Shown here piece after piece: positions 26,361-32,103 of a stretch of 54,803 bases of DNA (the stretch's first letter is position 1; each line of letters starts with the position of its first letter). The notes beneath the pieces were generated by a model that saw nothing but the letters and a program-made list of their open reading frames with translations, searched no databases and had not been told where the DNA came from. Source of the stretch: a virus; the IMG/VR virus record IMGVR_UViG_3300037313_001570, positions 1 through 54,803 of that record, one strand, 5' to 3'. The translations under genes and the position numbers were made by a program.

Positions 26361-26446
26361 GACCGCATAGCTCAAGGGTAGAGCGTTGACATAAGTTTGT
26401 AGCTATTTTTAATGCGAAGATATCGGTTCGACCCCGATTGCGGTTA
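26361..26446 (+). tRNA. tRNA-like element or possible pseudo-tRNA (86 nt) lacking a canonical anticodon stem
   Basis: Acceptor stem GACCGCA/TGCGGTT (G1-U72). D arm GCTC-AAGGGTA-GAGC. T arm ATCGG-TTCGACC-CCGAT. Discriminator A, no encoded CCA. The central 36 nt do not form a 5-bp anticodon stem by hand folding. Confidence 0.5.
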
Positions 26447-26476
26447 CTCATTCTAAAAAAATAAAAAACAGAATTT

Positions 26477-26686
26477 ATGAAACGCATTTTTATCTCATTC
26501 ATTATTGTAACCACTATTACAACCTCTTGTCAAAAAGAAACTCTGCCGACTCCTATAACCATTATTATCGACAATAAACCATTCCCGGCAGATAGTTTCC
26601 CTAACCCAATAAATTTAGATTCATTGGTTAAAAAACACAAGGGAACCTATAACCCAAGTGGTACATCCATTGTGAAGCACCATTAA
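26477..26686 (+). CDS. small lipoprotein
   Basis: MKRIFISFIIVTTITTSC: a signal peptide with a lipobox-like Cys. Confidence 0.6.
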   Translation: MKRIFISFIIVTTITTSCQKETLPTPITIIIDNKPFPADSFPNPINLDSLVKKHKGTYNPSGTSIVKHH

Positions 26687-26733
26687 ACCAGCGGAGTTAT
26701 TATTTATTCATAAAAAAATCAAAATTCACAATT

Positions 26734-27018
26734 ATGCCAAGAAAAGAAAAACAACATGCCGAACCAAGTACTAACGATGAAGTTACACAGGAACTTCCAA
26801 AAAAGCACATGGTTGAAGTGTATACCGATCAAGGCTATCAGGGCGAATGCATATTTGATAGCGAGGAAGATGCAAGACTATATTATGATCAGCGTTTACT
26901 CACAGCAGTTAAAATTGGTTTGAAAGAAGACAAGCAAACAAATTTCAGTATTCATTGGTATGTGGATGGCGAACTTAAGCGCGAGTATGCTATCGAGCAT
27001 AGCGTGTACGAAATTTAA
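26734..27018 (+). CDS. hypothetical acidic protein (94 aa)
   Basis: ATG ORF. It shares a conserved 5-prime leader with gene 27857. Confidence 0.55.
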   Translation: MPRKEKQHAEPSTNDEVTQELPKKHMVEVYTDQGYQGECIFDSEEDARLYYDQRLLTAVKIGLKEDKQTNFSIHWYVDGELKREYAIEHSVYEI

Positions 27019-27024
27019 TTAATC

Positions 27025-27059
27025 ATTGGCCGTATTATATAAGGGTATAAGCGGCCAAT
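27025..27059 (+). terminator. hairpin after gene 26734-27018 (no clear U-tract)
   Basis: ATTGGCCG (27025-27032) pairs with CGGCCAAT (27052-27059), with an inner TTATA/TATAA pairing. Confidence 0.4.
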
Positions 27060-27130
27060 AAATTCTGCCCTTATGAACTTAACAAAAGAGCAAGCATTAT
27101 TTGCTATTCGAAGATTTAATATTTTCCTTT

Positions 27131-27316
27131 ATGAAAAAAGTAAATTGGGATAATCCGCCTTCTCATGCATTAATGAATAGAATACTTCTATTTTGGGTAT
27201 TCATTCTAACTGTTATGCTTATCATAACTTATTGTATGCTTAAGGATGATAATTTATTTTCTAATCAAAAAATACAACAACATGGATCTTCACCAGTTAA
27301 ACAAGCAGGAAATTGA
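27131..27316 (+). CDS. small membrane protein (61 aa)
   Basis: ATG at 27131. TM segment ILLFWVFILTVMLIITYCML. Confidence 0.5.
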   Translation: MKKVNWDNPPSHALMNRILLFWVFILTVMLIITYCMLKDDNLFSNQKIQQHGSSPVKQAGN

Positions 27317-27533
27317 TTTATTAATCGAAGGATTAGGCGAATTACCAATCGCCTCAAAGGAGCACAGCCAGAAATTTTTATCTAACATGTTAAAGCATGT
27401 TACAGATAAGACAACAACTCAAGATGATATAGAAAAATTGTGCAAAGAAGACGAAAAGGCATTGAAGAAACGCGAGGAAGATGTTTCTTTACTTAAAGCG
27501 AAATTAATTAACCATCGTCGATCTTTGGCATAA
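27282..27533 (+). CDS. hypothetical coiled-coil protein (83 aa)
   Basis: ATG at 27282 (MDLHQLNKQEIDLL). Confidence 0.5.
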   Translation: MDLHQLNKQEIDLLIEGLGELPIASKEHSQKFLSNMLKHVTDKTTTQDDIEKLCKEDEKALKKREEDVSLLKAKLINHRRSLA

Positions 27534-27542
27534 AAAATGCTA

Positions 27543-27594
27543 TTCCCGGCTCGCATTAAGGCGTATGGTTGAACCTAAACCGGGAACCATAAAA
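27543..27594 (+). ncRNA. G+C-rich pseudoknot-capable element carrying the GAACCTAAACCGGG motif
   Basis: TTCCCGG (27543-27549) pairs with CCGGGAA (27580-27586), and ATGGTT (27565-27570) pairs with AACCAT (27585-27590), in an interleaved arrangement. The motif recurs at 28192-28224. Confidence 0.4.
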
Positions 27595-27628
27595 TGTTCA
27601 TAATTTTGAACAAAAAGTTTTCTAAAAA

Positions 27629-27660
27629 TTTGGAATATATTGATTTCGAGCTTATCTTTG
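27629..27660 (+). promoter_or_regulatory. Bacteroidota sigma-A-type promoter with no ORF downstream (orphan or tandem)
   Basis: TTTGGAAT at 27629 and TATCTTTG at 27653-27660, 20-nt spacer. Confidence 0.55.
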
Positions 27661-27726
27661 GTATAATAAAACTCTGGCGTGTATTATTAAAATGTTCATA
27701 ACTTATTCAAATTTATTAGAAATAGA

Positions 27727-27758
27727 TTTGGAGGCAATTAAAAAAGTTCTTATCTTTA
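27727..27758 (+). promoter_or_regulatory. Bacteroidota sigma-A-type promoter (TTTGGAGG class)
   Basis: TTTGGAGG at 27727 and TATCTTTA at 27751-27758, 20-nt spacer. Confidence 0.55.
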
Positions 27759-27773
27759 ATATATCAAACAAAC

Positions 27774-27822
27774 GCAGGGGCAGCTGACAAGGACTGCTAA
27801 GCATATCCCTCGAAACCCCTGC
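27774..27822 (+). promoter_or_regulatory. structured 5-prime leader hairpin of gene 27857
   Basis: GCAGGGG (27774-27780) pairs with CCCCTGC (27816-27822), enclosing a G+C-rich 35-nt insert between the promoter and the ATG. Confidence 0.45.
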
Positions 27823-27856
27823 AATTTTTATTTATTCATAAATTAAAAATTCACTT

Positions 27857-28060
27857 ATGTCACAAGCTCAAAAAACTCGTAAAGGTCGCATGACTGCGAA
27901 AGAATTCGCCAAGAAAACTTTCAAGGGTAAAAACCTTGGAACCATTGAACAGATTGTTAAACTTGGTATGAAAGGGTTTACACAAAAAGAAATTATCGAC
28001 GCAGGTTATAACAGAAACACAGTGTACCGCCAGTACCGCGAACAGGTAGCCAACGCGTAG
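27857..28060 (+). CDS. HTH DNA-binding protein, paralog B (67 aa)
   Basis: GTIEQIVKLGMKGFTQKEIIDAGYNRNTVYRQ. Confidence 0.65.
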   Translation: MSQAQKTRKGRMTAKEFAKKTFKGKNLGTIEQIVKLGMKGFTQKEIIDAGYNRNTVYRQYREQVANA

Positions 28061-28328
28061 TGATCCCATACCAACAAAGGGCCGAACCTTAAACCTCTGG
28101 GTATGTAGGAAAGGCAAGGCTGGTTAATCCGGTGACGTACTACATAACTGACCGAATAAAGGTAGCAACCGAACAAAGGTTGTTATGTAGGGGCGTGGGT
28201 CGAACCTAAACCGGGTTCATAAAACTACATAGTTCGCAGAAATGTCAGGCATGGCATTCGTTAGGCGTAGCATCAAAAGCAGGCTATGTAGTTTTTAGCT
28301 CTTTTAAATAACCTCATAATCTACCGCT
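28061..28328 (+). ncRNA. candidate structured noncoding or cis-regulatory RNA (268 nt)
   Basis: No ORF. G+C is about 50% by hand count. Alternating TATGTAG (28102, 28184, 28285) and CTACATA (28140, 28225) arms. The last helix is followed by T5 at 28292-28296. Confidence 0.45.
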
Positions 28329-28766
28329 ATGGCAAGACCAAATCGAATTATCGTTACACATGTACAGTCTGTTAAGATTCAAACACTATTAAAAGCGGAT
28401 AACGGCAAAGCACCCGTCCAGGAATTAATTGACACTATTGTTAAAGATGCCGAAGTGGAAGAATGGGTGGCTAAGCGTTTCGCCGATGCATGGCGTTGGA
28501 ACCACAGGAATGATAACGATAATATTGAACCTAAACCTGAAAAAAAGGAGGAGCTTTTCTACACAAGTAGGCCATTACCTGAGATGAAAAAGAAAGGCAC
28601 AACAAGCAACCCGGAAAACGGAACTGGTAAAGTAGCACAAATTATTCAGCTCGCACAGCAAGGCAAGAGTGTACAGGAAATAATTGAAATGGGATTCAAC
28701 AAAAGCACAGTTTACAGGCAGGTTAGCGAATGGCGTAAACGCACTAAAGAACAACAACACGCGTAA
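28329..28766 (+). CDS. HTH DNA-binding protein, paralog C (145 aa)
   Basis: GKVAQIIQLAQQGKSVQEIIEMGFNKSTVYRQ. Confidence 0.65.
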   Translation: MARPNRIIVTHVQSVKIQTLLKADNGKAPVQELIDTIVKDAEVEEWVAKRFADAWRWNHRNDNDNIEPKPEKKEELFYTSRPLPEMKKKGTTSNPENGTGKVAQIIQLAQQGKSVQEIIEMGFNKSTVYRQVSEWRKRTKEQQHA

Positions 28767-28821
28767 AATTGCTTTAATGCTCATGCCTGCAAAATTCTTG
28801 TTCTGGCTAATATGCAGGCAA

Positions 28822-28850
28822 ACCGGATATTCTCTATATCCGGTTTTTTT
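28822..28850 (+). terminator. strong rho-independent terminator
   Basis: ACCGGATAT (28822-28830) pairs with ATATCCGGT (28836-28844), 5-nt loop, T-run to 28850. Preceded by hairpin GCCTGCA...TGCAGGC. Confidence 0.85.
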
Positions 28851-28887
28851 ATTTACATTATTCATCCATCACCAAAATCAAAAATAC

Positions 28888-29139
28888 ATGAACAAGCAAA
28901 CAGAATACCTTATTAAGGTATACCTTCGAAACGTTAATTTTCATTCTACCGCTATCGGCATGGCTATTGGTATTGCTATGGAAAATTGTACTGATGAAAT
29001 GTTTAGACAATTAATAATTTGGCTGAAAAAAGAAATAGATGGTAATGAATTATTAGTTTCGACAATTATTGGCCCGGTATGCACCGATCTTATAAAAAGA
29101 TATTCTTTAAATAAAAATGAACACGCATGCACACACTAA
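28888..29139 (+). CDS. hypothetical protein (83 aa)
   Basis: ATG at 28888, downstream of the terminator. The track start at 28684 runs through the terminator. Confidence 0.5.
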   Translation: MNKQTEYLIKVYLRNVNFHSTAIGMAIGIAMENCTDEMFRQLIIWLKKEIDGNELLVSTIIGPVCTDLIKRYSLNKNEHACTH

Positions 29140-29328
29140 GAACCTTCTATAAATCAGCCCGGTAAATGGGATGTTGTTTTTGAAGATAATCATTCGAGCA
29201 GAAAAATAGAAGAAGGGATTAACAAGAGCCGGGCAATGGCTCTTGTTAATTATCTTAATGGCGGAACAGGGCAACCAAATGGCGAGCCAATAAAACATTC
29301 ATTCTTATGCAAAAGAATATTAGGATAA
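29140..29328 (+). CDS. 62-codon open frame with no canonical start, in phase with and abutting the upstream TAA
   Basis: Codons read one by one from 29140 (GAA CCT TCT ...) to GGA at 29323-29325, then TAA at 29326-29328. The only in-frame ATG is at 29236. A terminator follows at 29361. Confidence 0.3.
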   Translation, partial: EPSINQPGKWDVVFEDNHSSRKIEEGINKSRAMALVNYLNGGTGQPNGEPIKHSFLCKRILG

Positions 29329-29360
29329 TATATTTTTAAATCCATTTGGTCTTTATTTAA

Positions 29361-29392
29361 ATGTTGCTGTATATTTACAGCGACATTTTTTT
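29361..29392 (+). terminator. rho-independent terminator
   Basis: ATGTTGCTGT pairs with ACAGCGACAT (one G-U pair), loop ATATTT, then T6 (29387-29392). Confidence 0.75.
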
Positions 29393-29418
29393 GTCTATAA
29401 CATTAAACGTTCACGTAT

Positions 29419-29631
29419 ATGCGAAATTCACTTGCAAAACAATTAAGGCGCAAAGCAGAACAAGAAACCGTGGGAAGACCAAAAGTGCAAACGAGGAAAC
29501 TGTATAAACGACTTAAGGCGATGTTTAAGAAAATGAATTGTGTACAAAAGTTTGAAACATTGCAGTTTTTTAATAAACCGAAGCCAATTGAATTAACCGA
29601 ATCAAATTCTGGCTTATCAAAACTTTTTTAA
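29419..29631 (+). CDS. hypothetical basic protein (70 aa)
   Basis: ATG ORF, K/R-rich. Confidence 0.55.
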   Translation: MRNSLAKQLRRKAEQETVGRPKVQTRKLYKRLKAMFKKMNCVQKFETLQFFNKPKPIELTESNSGLSKLF

Positions 29632-29655
29632 TTATTCAACCATATATTTATTTTT

Positions 29656-30084
29656 ATGATTAAGATGTTTTTAATTGGCAATCTCGGTAAAGACGCAATT
29701 GTAAATACATTACAGAGCGGGAAAACTGTTATAAATTTTTCCTGCGCACATACCGAAACGTTCAAAGATGCTCAGGGCGAAAAAAAAGAAAAAACTACAT
29801 GGGTTGATTGTGCATGGTGGACTGATTCAACTGCAATTGCTCCATACCTTAAGAAGGGTACTAAGGTATTTTTGGAAGGAACACCTGATTTAAAAATGTT
29901 TGATCGCCAGGATGGCAGCAAAGGCGCGACTCTTACTCTGCGTGTATTTGCTTGCCAGCTATTAGGTGGTAATAATTCGCAACAGAGTCAACAAGCTCCA
30001 GTACAGGAACAGGCAACAACAACTAATATAAGTTACCAGAAACAAGCAGATCAATTCGAATGTGCAGACGATTTACCATTCTAA
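29656..30084 (+). CDS. ssb: single-stranded DNA-binding protein
   Basis: OB-fold pattern FLIGNLGKDA...TTWVDCAWW...KKGTKVFLEG, a Q-rich linker, and the acidic tip ADDLPF. Confidence 0.9.
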   Translation: MIKMFLIGNLGKDAIVNTLQSGKTVINFSCAHTETFKDAQGEKKEKTTWVDCAWWTDSTAIAPYLKKGTKVFLEGTPDLKMFDRQDGSKGATLTLRVFACQLLGGNNSQQSQQAPVQEQATTTNISYQKQADQFECADDLPF

Positions 30085-30140
30085 AAAATAATTCATTAAC
30101 CATTAATCTATCCTAACCTTATCCTATAATTTTTTATCTT

Positions 30141-30632
30141 ATGGCAAACGAAGGAAATAAATGGTGGGAACGTCGATGCAAACATGGAAGAGGCATGCTA
30201 TTCTCCTCCCCTCATTTAATGTGGGAAGCTGCCTGCGAATACTTTAAAGCAGAAGACGAAGCTACTTATTTACAAAGACGCGATGTCGTTGGAACTTATC
30301 AAGGAACAGTTATTGCAGATACAGTGACGTGCAAAGTCCCATATACATGGGAAGGTCTTTGTCTCTACATGCATTGCAGTACAGGTTACTTTCGAAACTT
30401 CCGTGCAAAGCTAAGGAAGGAACTTGCTGAGGGAATTAATGTCGAAGTAAACGAAGATTTCAAGACGGTCGTCGAAACAATTGAGGATACAATACGAAAA
30501 CAACAAATGGACGGAGCTCATGCTGGTCAACTTAAGGAAGGACTTGTTACTCGTTACTTAAAGATCGCAGACAAGACAGAAATAAGTACGCCAGAAGATC
30601 AATCGTTTAACGTGACTTTAAAACTTGATTAA
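30141..30632 (+). CDS. terminase small subunit-like protein
   Basis: GRGMLFSSPHLMWEAACEYF ... VPYTWEGLCLYMHCSTGYFRNF matches the common TerS N-terminal pattern (F-x-SPEEL..EYF ... PxTxxGL). Confidence 0.55.
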   Translation: MANEGNKWWERRCKHGRGMLFSSPHLMWEAACEYFKAEDEATYLQRRDVVGTYQGTVIADTVTCKVPYTWEGLCLYMHCSTGYFRNFRAKLRKELAEGINVEVNEDFKTVVETIEDTIRKQQMDGAHAGQLKEGLVTRYLKIADKTEISTPEDQSFNVTLKLD

Positions 30633-30891
30633 TATGAATTACGATCCATATGGAGAAATGAAAAGGGAAGGGAGAGCTATCTTGTTAGGATTAGTAATAG
30701 GAACTCTAGTTCTTATTATCTGTTCTATTTTCGCAAGTTGTCAAGAAAACGAAAAGAATCATTGCGTCGTAAATATTCCAACAGGCGAAAATGAAGTATG
30801 TTGCTCCCGCAACCAGATGGATCAATTGTTCAAATCTATTACCCTACATAATAAAGAAATCGATACGTGTGTGCATATCCGTCAGAAATAA
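30625..30891 (+). CDS. small membrane protein (88 aa)
   Basis: TM segment AILLGLVIGTLVLIICSIFASC. Confidence 0.5.
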   Translation: MINMNYDPYGEMKREGRAILLGLVIGTLVLIICSIFASCQENEKNHCVVNIPTGENEVCCSRNQMDQLFKSITLHNKEIDTCVHIRQK

Positions 30892-30943
30892 AATCATTGA
30901 GGAATTGTTTAAGAGCAAAGACTTCAACGATTGCATTAAGAAG

Positions 30944-31465
30944 ATGCAGCCAGTTGAATTGCAGGATGATTTAAAAGCAGAAGTAACCCTAACCCTATTA
31001 GAACTTGACCATAATAAACTTATTCAAATCCATAATTCCGGAGGGTTAAAATATTATGCAGTTCGAATAATCCTTAATTCTATTCAAAGTAAAACGAGTC
31101 CATTCTATAAGAAGTACCGTTCTCGCACATACGAATTCTTTGAAAACAATATTCAATCTATCGCATATGATTTCTCAGACGATCATTATGCAGATAAAGA
31201 AAAAATAAAATGTGATTCAAATAATCCAGATGAAGAACAAGAGCAATTTAACAACCGCCTATGCAATGAATTAAAAGAGTTGAAAGTAATGGATATTATT
31301 AATGGACTGTATTGGTATGATAAAGAGATGGTAAGATTGTATATCGAACTTGGTTCATACCGTAAAATCGAAGAAGCTACTGGGATTGCATGGAGAAGTT
31401 GTTATGATACTATACAATCAGCATTTTCAAAAATTAAATATGAACTACGAAGACAACACAATTAA
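30944..31465 (+). CDS. sigma-70/ECF-like sigma factor (alternative TTG start at 30905)
   Basis: Region-2-like DLKAEVTLTLLEL...YYAVRIILNSIQSKTSPFYKKYR and region-4 HTH EMVRLYIELGSYRKIEEATGIAWRSCYDTIQSAFSKIK. Confidence 0.55.
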   Translation: MQPVELQDDLKAEVTLTLLELDHNKLIQIHNSGGLKYYAVRIILNSIQSKTSPFYKKYRSRTYEFFENNIQSIAYDFSDDHYADKEKIKCDSNNPDEEQEQFNNRLCNELKELKVMDIINGLYWYDKEMVRLYIELGSYRKIEEATGIAWRSCYDTIQSAFSKIKYELRRQHN

Positions 31466-31778
31466 GATTATCGTATATGCTTTGGCGTGTGCATTCTTTT
31501 TGAAGACAGAGACAATGCCAATAATTCGTTCTTTTCTATTGACAAGGTTAAGAACTTACTGGTATAAGAAGTATAAAGAGTTTAATAATAGATACGATAA
31601 GATTAAAAATAGGATTATAACACCTTTTAGACCATTTGACTGTCTTGGTTGTATGACATTTTGGTCTAGTATCGCATTAAATTATTCTTTGCATTATAGA
31701 CACGATTATATACCTGTTGGGATAGTGGGGTTCTTTGTGGGAAGTATCGTAGAAGGTATTATGATGCGATGGCTATAA
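31440..31778 (+). CDS. membrane protein (112 aa)
   Basis: ATG at 31440. TM segments and a CLGCMTFW motif. Confidence 0.5.
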   Translation: MNYEDNTIKIIVYALACAFFLKTETMPIIRSFLLTRLRTYWYKKYKEFNNRYDKIKNRIITPFRPFDCLGCMTFWSSIALNYSLHYRHDYIPVGIVGFFVGSIVEGIMMRWL

Positions 31779-31872
31779 CTTTTTCTTGGGTAGGATTTTT
31801 CATAAACGTAAGGTAACTCGTCCGGCGATTTCTATTGCTGGACTTCTTTTAAAAATTAAAACACAAAATAAA

Positions 31873-32103
31873 ATGAGCAACGAAAAACAACAGGAAGCAA
31901 AAGAGCACGAGTTAACAGAAGAACAAATAAAACAGTTAACAGAGTCGCAACAAATAAAACAGTTAACAGAGTCGTATAATCGAGATTCTGTTCTCCCTCC
32001 CCGTTCTAATACTCGCAAACGCACTCGCGGAAGATTATTGCAAGTAATCCATTTAAAAAATGGTACGCAAAAATTCATTAAACATAAGAAGTATGCCAAT
32101 TAA
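31873..32103 (+). CDS. hypothetical protein with an in-frame 27-nt tandem duplication
   Basis: ATG at 31873 (MSNEKQQEAK). Contains EEQIKQLTES/QQIKQLTES. Confidence 0.5.
   Translation: MSNEKQQEAKEHELTEEQIKQLTESQQIKQLTESYNRDSVLPPRSNTRKRTRGRLLQVIHLKNGTQKFIKHKKYAN
31924..31974 (+). repeat. tandem direct repeat (24-nt unit, 27-nt period)
   Basis: CAAATAAAACAGTTAACAGAGTCG occurs at 31924-31947 and 31951-31974. Confidence 0.9.

Noticed and set aside
26361-26446. tRNA-like element as an attP integration site
   Set aside because: The genome encodes no integrase or excisionase. The element contains both tRNA halves rather than only a 3-prime fragment.
27774-27822. preQ1 riboswitch in the leader of gene 27857
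   Set aside because: The hairpin lacks the A-rich tail/ACUA-type 3-prime element and the loop pattern I associate with preQ1-I. The downstream gene is an HTH protein, not a queuosine gene.
28061-28328. Group I/II intron or split gene between paralogs B and C
   Set aside because: Both flanking ORFs are complete, each with its own start, HTH block and stop. The spacer is too short, and it lacks recognisable intron core elements or a homing endonuclease.
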